Shown piece by piece: positions 48,478 to 58,482 of a DNA stretch of 64,000 bases. Location of the stretch: contig OZ245365.1 of NCBI GenBank assembly GCA_965226495.1, forward strand, positions 320,001-384,000. The letters run 5' to 3'. The position numbers and the translations under genes are program-made. Every line of letters begins with the position of its first letter. Within the stretch, counting starts at the first letter, position 1. The notes beneath the pieces are model-generated. The model saw nothing but the letters and a program-made list of their open reading frames with translations, made no database searches and had not been told where the DNA came from. The stretch is from Candidatus Marinacidobacterales bacterium (lineage in GTDB: Bacteria; Acidobacteriota; Vicinamibacteria; Marinacidobacterales; DATDRI01).

Positions 48478-49221
48478 ATGGGACGCCCCTATCGCGGAGG
48501 AACCGCAACCTGGTCTTTCGGAGGACCGCTGACGCCGGCGGTCAAGTATCTACTCATCGCTAACGTCGGCGCCTTCGTCGTGCAACTCCTCTATCCGCCG
48601 TTCACAGATTGGTTCCGTCTCGATCCCTCGCAGGTGTTGGGCAGTCTCTATGTCTGGCAGCTGGTCACGTACATGTTTCTTCACGGGGGTCTTTTTCATC
48701 TATTCATCAACATGCTCATCTTGTTCATGTTTGGCGGTGAGATGGAGAGGCTATGGGGAACGCGTTTCTTCCTACGTTACTATTTCATTTGCGGTCTAGG
48801 CGGGGGGCTCTTTGCGCTCGTCGCGGGCTATCCGGTGATCGGCGCCTCGGGGGCGATTTACGGGTTACTCGTCGCCTTCGCGATGTACTTTCCAAACCGC
48901 GTAATCTACATGAACATCTTCCTCATCTTCTTCTTTCCCATTCAGGCGAAGTACTTTGCGATCATCATGGGTCTCATGAGCCTTCTCTCGTCGTTGATGG
49001 GACCATCTGGTGTCTCTGACCTCGCCCATCTGGGCGGACTGGCCGTGGGCTACCTCTACCTTCGTTGGGGTGGTGTCAGGAGTGGACGCGGGACCGGAAA
49101 AGAAACAGGCGGGGGATTCATCCAGGATTCCTACCGTCGTTGGCGGATGAAGAGGCTGCGCAAGAGATTCGAGCAGTACTACGAAAAGCGCGGCGGCGGT
49201 GGTGGACCCACCATCCATTAA
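48478..49221 (+). CDS. Rhomboid family intramembrane serine protease
   Basis: WQLVTYMFLHGG, HLFINM, GASG, AHLGG. Confidence 0.93.
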   Translation: MGRPYRGGTATWSFGGPLTPAVKYLLIANVGAFVVQLLYPPFTDWFRLDPSQVLGSLYVWQLVTYMFLHGGLFHLFINMLILFMFGGEMERLWGTRFFLRYYFICGLGGGLFALVAGYPVIGASGAIYGLLVAFAMYFPNRVIYMNIFLIFFFPIQAKYFAIIMGLMSLLSSLMGPSGVSDLAHLGGLAVGYLYLRWGGVRSGRGTGKETGGGFIQDSYRRWRMKRLRKRFEQYYEKRGGGGGPTIH

Positions 49222-49943
49222 GCGAAGCGGGTGGCAGGTTGATCGAAGAAACCCACTAAGTCATCTATCTTCATCGCTTCCCGCACGAAGAAAGCCTCCC
49301 CAAGTTTCACGTCGATAAGAGAACCGAAGTAGCGATGAATCCCTTCCATTCGGGCCAGGAAGTCTGGATGACTGATGAAGGTTTTGGGCTCGCTCGAGCT
49401 CGGATCGTGGAACTGGGAGCGGTACGCCTCGATCGCTCTTAGCTTCTTCTCGTAATAGTCGCTTATGTCGACCACGAACGAAGGCGCGACACGCTGAGGA
49501 AGGAAGTAGTAGAGCACACGGTTGGGGCGGTGCGGCTCACCGTTCGCCTCGAGCTTGGCGAGTCCCGCTAGGTACGTGGCTTCCGCGACCAGTCGGCCGG
49601 AGACGGCGTGATCGGGATGGTTGCTTTCCCAATAGTTGGTAATGACTAGACGCGGTTTGAGCTCACGGATCGCTTCCGCAACCGCGATCTTGCTCGGCCA
49701 ATCCGCAGCCAATCGGCCGTCGCCCAAATCGAGACAACGGCGGCTCGCAACACCCAAGATTTTCGCGGCCTCCTCGGCCTCCGTCTTTCTCTGCTCTCGC
49801 GTACCCCGCGTGCCCATTTCACCGGCGGTGAGATCGATGATAGCGGTACGATGTCCTTGCGCGGCCAGGCGCAGCAGCGTTCCGCCCACGAATAGCTCGA
49901 CATCATCTGGATGCGGGCCGAAGGCGAGGACGTCGACTTTCAT
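49218..49943 (-). CDS. bshB1: Bacillithiol biosynthesis deacetylase BshB1 (PIG-L family)
   Basis: HPDDVE, DLTAGEMGTRG, HPDH, YRSQF. Confidence 0.85.
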   Translation of the reverse strand: MKVDVLAFGPHPDDVELFVGGTLLRLAAQGHRTAIIDLTAGEMGTRGTREQRKTEAEEAAKILGVASRRCLDLGDGRLAADWPSKIAVAEAIRELKPRLVITNYWESNHPDHAVSGRLVAEATYLAGLAKLEANGEPHRPNRVLYYFLPQRVAPSFVVDISDYYEKKLRAIEAYRSQFHDPSSSEPKTFISHPDFLARMEGIHRYFGSLIDVKLGEAFFVREAMKIDDLVGFFDQPATRFA

Positions 49944-49972
49944 TCGAAGCTCGAGGTCATGAGGTCATAGTG

Positions 49973-51892
49973 TCAGTGGATCGCCAGCTCGATCTCGGTT
50001 GCGGCTCGTCGGCCCAGGCTGGGGCTCTCGACGCGTAGCACGGCCCGATAGTACCCCCTCGGCAAATCCGAGGTCGGCAGCCTTAGTAGCACAGGGAAAC
50101 CGGCATCCCCGTATTCGGAGAGCTTGAGTGATGACGCGTGTCCGCCGGATTTCAACTCTCGATCTTCCTGGGAAATGACGTAGGTGAGTTTAGTGTCGTC
50201 CTCCGCCGCGGTAGCACCCTCGCTGGGAAAAACCCGGAAGTAGAGGAAGGCGTCCTCGCCCCGATTCAGGTTTGGCGTGGGCCGGATCTCGATCGACTGC
50301 GCGTCTCCCGAAGCACCAGCGGAAGGCGGAAACACGGGAACGATACTCGAGAAACCGAAGCGTTTGCCGAATCCTTCCGGCACTTCGAGAGCCGTGGAAG
50401 CCTGATAAACCTGTTCCCCAGAAGCGTCGACAGTCAGCTGCAGCAAGTAGAGACCCGGGGCGAGGCGGGGGTTTTGGACCACAAAAAAGTGGGTTGGGTC
50501 GACTTCGTCGCTGAACTCGGCCACTGTTCGTGCTTCGTCGGTGATCGTCAGTTTGAGTGTCCGCGTCGTAATTCCATCTTCCGAAGTCAGCATATCCAAC
50601 GGAAGAGCAACGACGATTGGGACCTCGACTTGATCACCAGCGGGGAAGAGATAGGTTGTGATCTCGACTTGTTCTGGGGGCGCGGGGCCAGGGGGAAGCT
50701 CGTTGATCGCCTCGCTGGGCTCGGGGGTGCGAGCGGGCGCCGGCTCCGGCTCCGTTGCACTTGCTGGCGCGGGAGGAGGGCTCGGCTCCTCTGGAGTCGC
50801 CTGCGCTGCCATCTGTGCCGGCGGTGCCGGTGCCTTTTTTGCGAAATAGCCGCGACGCGCCACCACCTCTACGTTCGGTCGGTCGACCTTCACCTGGATG
50901 CTGCGATACTTTCCATCGTAGTTCGTGTTCGTGGAAGTGTAGGTGAGCTGATAGTACCGGCTATTTTCGATGCCGATCTTCCGAAGTACCGGCTCGAACG
51001 TGTTGAGGTTGTAGTAGTACCTCCCTCCGGTCTCGTTCGCGATGGGAAAGAGTCCTCCGATGCCAAACGCGTTCGAGGAGGAAATCGGCGTCGCACTACT
51101 GGCGGGGGCGAACCCTCCGACTCCGTTAATGTCGATCGAGTAGACAGTCGTATTCGATTGGTTGAATGCGTCGACGGTATCTTCGAGATAAGTGATGAGA
51201 TTCTGCGTTTGCCCAAGCTCCGGCGACATAAAAATGACGATCTTGCGTCCGGGAAATTGTCCGAGGCCTTGTCCCAAGCTCTCAAGGGTGTCGTACACGT
51301 TGCGCGTGCCAAGATCGCTGCCGGTGCCTCGGTAGAGGTCGGCCTCCAGGAGGGAAATTTTTCGGATCGTCTGGATCGTTTCTTCTTTCGAGTCGTTGAA
51401 CTGCTGGAGGACCTTCGTCGAGAGGCCCATGTCGAGGACGAGTGCTTCGTCCTCATCGGCCATGGATTCCACGACGAAGTTCTCGAGGGCCATCCTGGCT
51501 CTTCGGATGAACCGCGTGCGAGCGTTCTGCCGGTTGATGATAAAGATGAACCGGCGGGGGAAGGCATTGATGAACGCCCCCGCGGGGGGGGCGGTGGGCT
51601 CGCCCTGCGGCGCCTGGCGGCCGACGTATGAGCTCCAGTCGATCACTTCGAAATTTTCGATCTCCTGAAGCACACCGTCTTCTAGAACCTGCAAATCGTC
51701 TCGACTAAGGCCGGCGATCGGTCGCCCCTGCTCATCGAGGACCAACACATCCACCAAGACCGCGGCGACCTCGGTTCGAAATCGCGGCGGCGCCTGAGGT
51801 GTTTGCTCTTGTTCTTGAAACGACGAGGCCAGACTCGTCAACACGACCGCCGCTACGACCATGAGCAGAGTGCATGCACGAGATCTAAGCAT
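49973..51892 (-). CDS. Exported VWA-domain protein (acidobacterial VWFA-related type)
   Basis: Signal peptide; FRTEVAAVLVDVLV, PGRKIVIF, ANETGGRYY, YQLTY, DGKYRSIQVKV, ARRGYFA. Confidence 0.85.
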   Translation of the reverse strand: MLRSRACTLLMVVAAVVLTSLASSFQEQEQTPQAPPRFRTEVAAVLVDVLVLDEQGRPIAGLSRDDLQVLEDGVLQEIENFEVIDWSSYVGRQAPQGEPTAPPAGAFINAFPRRFIFIINRQNARTRFIRRARMALENFVVESMADEDEALVLDMGLSTKVLQQFNDSKEETIQTIRKISLLEADLYRGTGSDLGTRNVYDTLESLGQGLGQFPGRKIVIFMSPELGQTQNLITYLEDTVDAFNQSNTTVYSIDINGVGGFAPASSATPISSSNAFGIGGLFPIANETGGRYYYNLNTFEPVLRKIGIENSRYYQLTYTSTNTNYDGKYRSIQVKVDRPNVEVVARRGYFAKKAPAPPAQMAAQATPEEPSPPPAPASATEPEPAPARTPEPSEAINELPPGPAPPEQVEITTYLFPAGDQVEVPIVVALPLDMLTSEDGITTRTLKLTITDEARTVAEFSDEVDPTHFFVVQNPRLAPGLYLLQLTVDASGEQVYQASTALEVPEGFGKRFGFSSIVPVFPPSAGASGDAQSIEIRPTPNLNRGEDAFLYFRVFPSEGATAAEDDTKLTYVISQEDRELKSGGHASSLKLSEYGDAGFPVLLRLPTSDLPRGYYRAVLRVESPSLGRRAATEIELAIH

Positions 51893-52016
51893 CGGTACTC
51901 CTTACGGGGGCGTGGGGTCTGGTAGCCGAAACCAAACTCAAGCGCATTATAGAGACGCCGCCGGTCGGCCACAAGCGAACGGTGTCGCACGGAAGACGCA
52001 CTCTATTCGCTCGCGA

Positions 52017-53036
52017 TCACGTGATTTCGGCCATGGTTCGCAGGGTGGCGGGGTCACTGGTGGAGCAGATCAAAGATGTCACACCGGCCTCCTCCCAAGC
52101 CGACACCCTTTCCGCCAAACGGGAACGGGGTCCGCAGAGGGTCACCTCGTCGACGAGCTCATTGGGGACGGCGGCGATGGCCTCCGCCTTCCTTCCGCTC
52201 AGATAGAGCTCCTGAATTTTGGTGACCGCTTCCTCATAACCATAGCGACACGCGAGATCGAAATAGAAGTTGCGTCCTTTGGCTCCCATTCCGCCGAAGT
52301 AGAGCGCCAATGTCGGCTTGTGAGAGTCCCAGCAACTGGCCAAGTCGTCGCCGAGAGTAATGGCTACCATAGGAGAGATATCGAAGGGTTTGTCGTTCCG
52401 ATCGGCTGACCGTTTGAGCCTTCCGGCGTCGAGATGCTCTTCGAAAACCTCTCGGTGAAACGGTGAGAAGAAAATCGGCAACCATCCGTCCGCCACCTCC
52501 GCCGCAAGCGCCGTATTTTGCGGACCGATCGCCGCAAGGTAGATCGGTATGTCGGCTCGGGTGGGTCGGAGCATCATCTTTAAGGCTTTGCCGAGACCGG
52601 TGCCACTGGGCAGTGGGATATTGTAGTGGCTGCCCTGGTGCTCCAGAGGAGCTTCGCGTTTCAAGATGCTGCGTACGATCTCGATGTACTCCCTCGTGCG
52701 AACGAGGGGTTTGCCGTATGGCACGCCGTGCCATCCCTCGACGACCTGGGGGCCGGACATCCCGAGTCCAAGCAAGAAACGGCCGCCGCTCAAACCGTCG
52801 AGCGTGGCGGCGGTCATCGCGGTCATTGCCGGTGTGCGTGCCGGCATCTGAAGAATTGCGGATCCCAACGCGATGCGCTCGGTTCGCGCCCCCACCCACG
52901 CCAGGACGCTTACCGCGTCAGAGCCCCAGGCTTCTGCCGCCCACACCGAGTGATAACCGATGCGCTCCGCTTCCAGCGCAAGCGGGGCCGGATCGTGGAT
53001 CGATGTTTGGAATCCGAGGTTGAGACCGAGGCGCAT
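52017..53036 (-). CDS. LLM class (F420-dependent type) oxidoreductase
   Basis: [47 protein letters not shown]. Confidence 0.9.
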   Translation of the reverse strand: MRLGLNLGFQTSIHDPAPLALEAERIGYHSVWAAEAWGSDAVSVLAWVGARTERIALGSAILQMPARTPAMTAMTAATLDGLSGGRFLLGLGMSGPQVVEGWHGVPYGKPLVRTREYIEIVRSILKREAPLEHQGSHYNIPLPSGTGLGKALKMMLRPTRADIPIYLAAIGPQNTALAAEVADGWLPIFFSPFHREVFEEHLDAGRLKRSADRNDKPFDISPMVAITLGDDLASCWDSHKPTLALYFGGMGAKGRNFYFDLACRYGYEEAVTKIQELYLSGRKAEAIAAVPNELVDEVTLCGPRSRLAERVSAWEEAGVTSLICSTSDPATLRTMAEIT

Positions 53037-53039
53037 GGG

Positions 53040-53804
53040 TCAGCGCCTGCCGCTTTGAATGCGATCGCGAAGTGACCGACGTGGCCCCGAACCTTTGTGG
53101 AGGCTCGAAGGTCCTGCTGATTTTGTCAACTTTGTCGATTTTGTCGACGCCGTCTCGACTCCGATTCGCGGGCAGGCCTCTTCCACCACGCACGCGTCAC
53201 ACTTGGGCTTGCGCGCGATGCAAGTGGTGCGGCCGTGGAGAATCAGCCGATTGCCCACGTTGACCCAGTCCTTTTTTGGGAAGAGGCCTATGAGATCGTT
53301 CTCTACTTGGACGGGGTTCTTTCCCTTCGAAAACCCCATTCGATGGGAGAGCCGAAATACGTGCGTGTCGACAACGACGCCGGCTGCTTTCCCGAAACCG
53401 TTTCCCATCACGACGTTCGCTGTCTTTCGAGCCACGCCGGGGAGACTGAGTAGCTCGTCCATCGTCTCGGGCACCCGACCTCCGAAGTCGTCAGTGATCT
53501 TCTGGGAGGCTCCTTGGATCGATTTCGCCTTGTTGCGGTAGAAACCGGTGGAGCGGATGAGCTCTTCCAGCTCGCCCCGATCCGCATGGGCGAGATCGGA
53601 CGGCTCGGAAAAACGCGCGAACAAGGAGGGCGTTACTTTGTTGACCCGCTGATCCGTGCATTGGGCGGATAGAATGGTTGCGACCAACAGTTCAAACGGA
53701 GACCGGTGATCGAGGGCGGTTCCGGCGTGAGGGAATTCCTTGCCGAGCTTGCCGAGGACCTTACCGGCGCGCTTCCTTCGCTCTTCTTTGGATTCGCGGG
53801 GCAA
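53040..53804 (-). CDS. nth: Endonuclease III
   Basis: LSAQCTD, HhH LPGVARKTANVV, VDTHV, C-X6-C-X2-C-X5-C Fe-S motif. Confidence 0.96.
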   Translation of the reverse strand: MPRESKEERRKRAGKVLGKLGKEFPHAGTALDHRSPFELLVATILSAQCTDQRVNKVTPSLFARFSEPSDLAHADRGELEELIRSTGFYRNKAKSIQGASQKITDDFGGRVPETMDELLSLPGVARKTANVVMGNGFGKAAGVVVDTHVFRLSHRMGFSKGKNPVQVENDLIGLFPKKDWVNVGNRLILHGRTTCIARKPKCDACVVEEACPRIGVETASTKSTKLTKSAGPSSLHKGSGPRRSLRDRIQSGRR

Positions 53805-53818
53805 CTTCGGGTCTTTCG

Positions 53819-53853
53819 TGTCAGGCTGTCAGGCTGTCAGGCTGTCAGGCTGT
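53819..53853. repeat. 8-bp tandem repeat (TGTCAGGC) x4
   Basis: Read directly, between the Rieske gene and the nth start. Confidence 0.9.
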
Positions 53854-53891
53854 TGGGCGGTCCGAGCTGGCGGAGGTAGTACGGCCCGGCC

Positions 53892-54200
53892 TCAGCCTAA
53901 CTCGACCATCACGTCGTCCCCTTCGACCTTGACTGGATAGCAAGCGACGCCCATGGCGGGGTTGATGGTGCTCTTTCCCGTCGTGACGTCCCATTGCCAG
54001 GCGTGCCAAGGACAAGTGAGGGTCGTGGCCTCCATAGAGCCTTCTCCAAGCGGTCCTCCCTGATGGAGACAGCCGTTGTCGATTGCGTAAAAGGTACCGT
54101 TCACGTTGCACAGCGCGATGGGTTTACCGTCGGCATCGGCGACCTTGCATTGGCCAGGAGCCAGATCTCCGGTCGAGGCTACTTTGACGAATTCGGCCAT
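53892..54200 (-). CDS. Rieske-type [2Fe-2S] ferredoxin
   Basis: CLHQGGPL and CPWH ligand motifs. Confidence 0.93.
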   Translation of the reverse strand: MAEFVKVASTGDLAPGQCKVADADGKPIALCNVNGTFYAIDNGCLHQGGPLGEGSMEATTLTCPWHAWQWDVTTGKSTINPAMGVACYPVKVEGDDVMVELG

Positions 54201-54287
54201 TCTTCTCTCCCTCCCTTACGTGTAGACATATCGTTGATGGGGTGCATCTTAGGCAAATGCATGTGAGGAGATCAATAGGCCAGTGCC

Positions 54288-54422
54288 TAGCAGGCTGCTG
54301 AAAAATGCACCTGCAGCCTGCTGCGAGCGGAGCGAGCCCGGCCCGAATGGGCCGCCAAAGGGTGCCCGAGCGAAGAGCGAGGCGCCGGGCGTGCGAACGA
54401 GGAGTGAGCGCGCACTGATGCA
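54288..54422. repeat. Multi-hairpin intergenic repeat (short version of 45194-45472)
   Basis: TAGCAGGCTGCTGAAAAA...GGAGCGAGCCCGGCCCGAATGGGCCG...GCGAACGAGGAGTGAGCGCGCACTGATGCA. Confidence 0.85.
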
Positions 54423-54438
54423 CACTAATGAACGGGAC

Positions 54439-55797
54439 CTACTTGGTCGCGATCGCCGCATAGTCCTGATCTCCGAAGAGAAAGGCGTTGAGCTTGCGGA
54501 AGTTGTCATTCAACGTGCGCGCGTCGGCATCTCCAGGAGAAACGCTGAGAAGCTTGGTGCGCTCGCTGACCGGGCTCCGGTATTCGATCATCACGTCGCT
54601 GAATCCGCAGGATTGCAAGAGAAAATCCAAAGTCTCCGGGTGCAATGGCTTCTGGTGGGTTAGGTCGCGGTAGAAAGACTCGATGAGGGCCAACACACTC
54701 TTCGTATTAACCGTCTCGAGCACGATTCTTCCACCCTTGCGCAGGGCTCGATGGGCTGCGGCCAGGGTTTCCCTGAGCATCGCCGGTGGTAAGTGCTCGA
54801 TGACTTGAGCCGCGAAGATGCCACCTAGGGAATCCTCTTCGACACTCTTCAAGAAGGTGAAGAGATCGTGCTCCTCCACTGCCAGGCCCCGTTCCCGACA
54901 GGCACTGACCATTTCAGTATTATCGTCCACGCCGCGCGCGTCGAGCCCGGCGTCACGAAGCAGCTCCAAGAACTCGCCTCGGCCGCAACCGAGCTCTACG
55001 ATGGGCTCCTTACCGTTGAAGTGGCCTACGTACCCGGCGAGTCGATCACGAATCTCCGCCGATTCCCCTCGGAAACGATGCTCGAAGGCTACGTACTCGC
55101 GCGCTTCGAAAGGATCCGCGGGTCTGGCACGCTCAACGGCGGCCGGGGGCTGTCCGCGTGTCTCGGCGGTCGGCTCCACGGAACGTCTGAGAGACTCAAC
55201 TTCCGTTCGCGCCAAGTCGACGCCAGACATCATCGACTCCAATTTCGACTGAGCTCTCTTGAGACCGAGAGTGATGGTTTCGACGCGTTTGTCCATCGCC
55301 TCCAGCAGAAGATCGTTTCGCGTGTTCCCTAGGTGTGCGTAGAGTCGATCCTTGGCGTCGGCAAGCCGGTCTACCCTTTGCGCATAGCGAACGAGTGCCG
55401 AAGAAAACTCACGTAGTCGAAGCGTGTGTTGGTGTGCTGCGTCCATGTAGCGGTTGAGAAATTGCACGGCGAAGGAGTTGAATGCTTGTTGACGCGCGAG
55501 TGCTTCTTGGAGCGGCGCCAGCTCGGGTTCGATGAGTTTTCGGACGGTTCGACGCAGAAGTCCCTTGAGCCCTCTGGGAATGGTTGAGTCGCTAGAGCGA
55601 TCGCCCGCACCGACCTCCCCGATCTCCCAAGTCTCGTTTAGCTTGCTAAGCTGTGTGGGAATCTCGGGGTCCAAGTCGTACGGTAGTTGGGCCTCCGCGA
55701 GCTCGTCGAGCAGCGCGAGGAGCTCGGCGTAGGTCCGCTCTTCCTCGGAAAGCTTCTGCTTTAGCTCGCTAAGGCCAGGATCTTCTATCGAGGGCAT
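54439..55797 (-). CDS. Coiled-coil protein with a C-terminal class I SAM methyltransferase (glycan chain-terminator-like)
   Basis: RQQAFNS and heptad repeats; YVAFEHRFRG, ELGCGRGEFL, QVIEHL, FYRDLTH, QDYAAIA. Confidence 0.85.
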   Translation of the reverse strand: MPSIEDPGLSELKQKLSEEERTYAELLALLDELAEAQLPYDLDPEIPTQLSKLNETWEIGEVGAGDRSSDSTIPRGLKGLLRRTVRKLIEPELAPLQEALARQQAFNSFAVQFLNRYMDAAHQHTLRLREFSSALVRYAQRVDRLADAKDRLYAHLGNTRNDLLLEAMDKRVETITLGLKRAQSKLESMMSGVDLARTEVESLRRSVEPTAETRGQPPAAVERARPADPFEAREYVAFEHRFRGESAEIRDRLAGYVGHFNGKEPIVELGCGRGEFLELLRDAGLDARGVDDNTEMVSACRERGLAVEEHDLFTFLKSVEEDSLGGIFAAQVIEHLPPAMLRETLAAAHRALRKGGRIVLETVNTKSVLALIESFYRDLTHQKPLHPETLDFLLQSCGFSDVMIEYRSPVSERTKLLSVSPGDADARTLNDNFRKLNAFLFGDQDYAAIATK

Positions 55798-55977
55798 TCA
55801 GGGGCGTTTTATAAGGGTGAAGCGCCTAGTGTATTGAACCGGGGCGATCAGGAGGGCAAGGAATTTAGAATAGCTTGAGTTCCGGTGTTCACGAGTGCCA
55901 CGTCGAGACCTAACCACCCTCCATCCACGAAATGAATTGCTTCCAATTTATCTCCGTCCGATGCGGAGAAGCGTTCC

Positions 55978-56322
55978 TCATTCGTCCTCTTTTTTCTCCA
56001 CCAGGTAATTCAGAATCACTTGATCTAGGCTCTGGTCCGACAAGACCGTATCATCTCCCAGAATGTCGGCCGACTCGTCAAACCGGCCTTGCCGGATCTC
56101 TTGGATCATCGTCTGGTGCTGGTCTTCCATGAGCTTGACGACGGCCTTCTCGTCGTAGCCGCTTTTCATCATCTCCGAGTACGGAATCCTACGGCTGCCG
56201 AGGATCTCGCCACCTTTGTATATAAGAGACTCGATGACGGGATTCTCGAGGCCTTTGTCCTCCGTTTGGACATGGAAGACCACACCTTTGTAGTCCACGT
56301 CGGTATTGAAGCCAGTGATCAT
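55978..56322 (-). CDS. Hypothetical protein
   Basis: MITGFNTDVDYKGVVFHVQTEDKG...; coding-like composition; start placed at ATG 56322. Confidence 0.75.
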   Translation of the reverse strand: MITGFNTDVDYKGVVFHVQTEDKGLENPVIESLIYKGGEILGSRRIPYSEMMKSGYDEKAVVKLMEDQHQTMIQEIRQGRFDESADILGDDTVLSDQSLDQVILNYLVEKKEDE

Positions 56323-56484
56323 GGCATACGAATGTAGTCGAATCGACCGAGAGAGCGCACTCTGTGGTGAAAAGACACGAGTCCCCACCAAACCAGCACA
56401 CAACCTATTAGGATACTGGGCTAAATGAAGCCCCTTCATCATTTTGCAACCGGTCCCCGATGGTGTCAAGTACGCTGTCATGCC

Positions 56485-56514
56485 TTGACACTCTGAGAAC
56501 CCGTGGTCTATATT
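56485..56514 (+). promoter_or_regulatory. Sigma-70 promoter TTGACA-N18-TATATT for nuoEFJKLMN; a back-to-back TTGACA lies on the minus strand at 56464-56469
   Basis: Consensus-like hexamers in a divergent intergenic region. Confidence 0.55.
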
Positions 56515-56549
56515 AGCCCGTTTTCCACTGACTTGGCACATACTTAGGG

Positions 56550-56627
56550 GTCCGCCTTCGCTGAAGCTTCGGCGGGACCTCGCCGAAGCTGGCTACGTTG
56601 GATTGCGGGTGGCCAGCGAAGGCGGGA
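56550..56627. repeat. REP-like element (CCGCCTTCGCTGAAGCTTCGGCGGGAC...AGCGAAGGCGG) in the nuoE leader
   Basis: Terminal inverted repeat CCGCCTTCGCTG / CAGCGAAGGCGG with internal palindromes. Confidence 0.65.
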
Positions 56628-56720
56628 GCGCGCATTGACGCACTAGAGTGCGGAACCGCCACCCCCGTCACACGGGAAAATGCCCGGCGGGGCGGAAGAG
56701 AAGGGACCCACAGGAAGAAC

Positions 56721-57194
56721 ATGACCTTCACTCCCGGGAATCAAGCCCGGTTCGAGAAGATTCTCGACCACTATCCCGCCGAGCATCGGCGCGCTGCACT
56801 GTTGCCCGCGCTTTGGTTGGTTCAGGAACAGGAGGGTTACCTGAGCCCCTCGGCGATGGAACACGTCGCCGATCTCTTGGAGATTTCTCCCGTCCACGTG
56901 CTGGAGACCGCTAGCTACTACGACATGTTCCGGCTCCAACCACCTGGACGCCACGACCTTCGTTTGTGCACCAACCTTTCCTGCTCGCTGCTGGGCGCAC
57001 CTCGGATCCTCGATTGGCTTCGAGAACGATTGGGTATCGAACCAGGGGAGACGACGGCGGACAGGCAGTGGTCGCTCACACCCGTGCAGTGCCTCGGTGC
57101 GTGCGAAAGGGCGCCGATGATGCAGCTCAACGATCGCGTCGAAGGTCACCTCAGCGAAGAGAAGCTGATGGTTATTCTCTCCGAGCTCTCATGA
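56721..57194 (+). CDS. nuoE: NADH-quinone oxidoreductase subunit E
   Basis: ALLPALWLVQEQEGY, CTNLSC, CLGAC. Confidence 0.95.
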   Translation: MTFTPGNQARFEKILDHYPAEHRRAALLPALWLVQEQEGYLSPSAMEHVADLLEISPVHVLETASYYDMFRLQPPGRHDLRLCTNLSCSLLGAPRILDWLRERLGIEPGETTADRQWSLTPVQCLGACERAPMMQLNDRVEGHLSEEKLMVILSELS

Positions 57195-58471
57195 CTTCGT
57201 CGTTCGAGCCTGTCCTGACCCGCAACGCCGGAATTCCGGATTCTCAGAACATCGATGTCTATCTCTCGCGCGGAGGCTATCAGGCGCTCCGCCGCGCTTT
57301 GTCTCAGCTCAGCCCCAGCGAGCTCATCGAATGGGTCGAGCGTTCCGAGCTGAGGGGCCGAGGTGGCGCCGGTTTTCCGACCGGCGCGAAGTGGAAATTC
57401 CTACCCAAAGATGTTCGGCCCCACTACATGATCTGTAACGCCGACGAAAGTGAGCCCGGCACCTTCAAGGACCGCTACCTGATGGAGAACGATCCGCACC
57501 TGGTCATCGAAGGCTGCCTCCTCGCTGCCTACGCGATCGAGGCGCGGGTCTGCTACATCTATATACGTGGGGAGTTTCGAGAGCAGGAACAGATTCTGGA
57601 ACGGGCTTTGTCCGAGGCCCGAGATCGCGGTTTCGTTGGCAAGGACATCGAGCGTTCCGGATTCGACTGCGAGTTATATATTCACCGCGGCGCTGGCTCG
57701 TACGAGTGCGGTGAGGAAACCGCTCTGTTGGAGTCGCTGGAGGGCAAGCGGGGTCTTCCCAGAGTCAAGCCGCCATACCCGGCGAGCGTCGGGCTCTTTG
57801 GTTGTCCGACCGCCATCAACAACGTCGAAACCCTGGCGAACTTGCCCCACATCGTGACACGCGGGGCCGATTGGTTTCGTTCCATCGGCAGCAAGAAGAA
57901 TACTGGCCCCAAGCTTTATTGCCTGAGCGGACACGTGCGGCGCCCTGGCGTTTACGAGCTACCTCTCGGCGTGCCGATGCGAGAGCTCATCTTCGAGCAT
58001 GGCGGGGGGATTCGGGAAGGCCATCGTCTCAAGGCGGTGGTCCCTGGGGGTCCTTCGGTTCCGGTGCTGACCGAGAAGCATTTGGACACCCGAATGGACT
58101 TCGACTCCTTGGTTGCGGCCGGTTCCATGTTGGGGTCGGCGGGAGTGATCGTTATGGACGAGACGACCTGCATGGTTTGGACTGCCGGGAGGCTCATGGA
58201 GTTCTATCGGCACGAGTCGTGCGGCAAGTGCACGCCCTGCCGTGAAGGGACGGATTGGTTGGCGAGGATCTTGGGTCGCATGGAAAAGGGTCAAGGCCGG
58301 CCGGAAGACATCGCGCTTCTCTCGGATGTTTCCGATAACATCGCCGGCAAGACGCTTTGTCCGTTCGGCGATGCTGCGGTCGCTCCCGTTCTCAGCACCC
58401 TCGTCCACTTCCGCGAAGAATACGAGCTGCACGTGCGGCACCAGGGCTGCCCTGTCTCTGCGGTTCATTGA
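57191..58471 (+). CDS. nuoF: NADH-quinone oxidoreductase subunit F
   Basis: LRGRGGAGFPTG, NADESEPG, CGEETAL, ESCGKCTPCREG. Confidence 0.97.
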   Translation: MTSSFEPVLTRNAGIPDSQNIDVYLSRGGYQALRRALSQLSPSELIEWVERSELRGRGGAGFPTGAKWKFLPKDVRPHYMICNADESEPGTFKDRYLMENDPHLVIEGCLLAAYAIEARVCYIYIRGEFREQEQILERALSEARDRGFVGKDIERSGFDCELYIHRGAGSYECGEETALLESLEGKRGLPRVKPPYPASVGLFGCPTAINNVETLANLPHIVTRGADWFRSIGSKKNTGPKLYCLSGHVRRPGVYELPLGVPMRELIFEHGGGIREGHRLKAVVPGGPSVPVLTEKHLDTRMDFDSLVAAGSMLGSAGVIVMDETTCMVWTAGRLMEFYRHESCGKCTPCREGTDWLARILGRMEKGQGRPEDIALLSDVSDNIAGKTLCPFGDAAVAPVLSTLVHFREEYELHVRHQGCPVSAVH

Positions 58472-58482
58472 GGTCTTTGCTT

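Noticed and set aside
48478-49221. Rhombosortase / GlyGly-CTERM sorting system
   Set aside because: The protein looks like a generic rhomboid, and no GlyGly-CTERM substrate (GG, TM helix, basic tail) is visible in the window.
50138-51631. 497-aa plus-strand ORF, and similar long antisense ORFs such as 2686..3837 and 42403..43293
   Set aside because: Antisense shadows of well-supported genes, expected in GC-rich DNA.
54288-54422. Complete IS or classical MITE
   Set aside because: The left end resembles an IS-type terminal repeat, but there is no matching right-end inverted repeat or transposase; kept only as a structured repeat.
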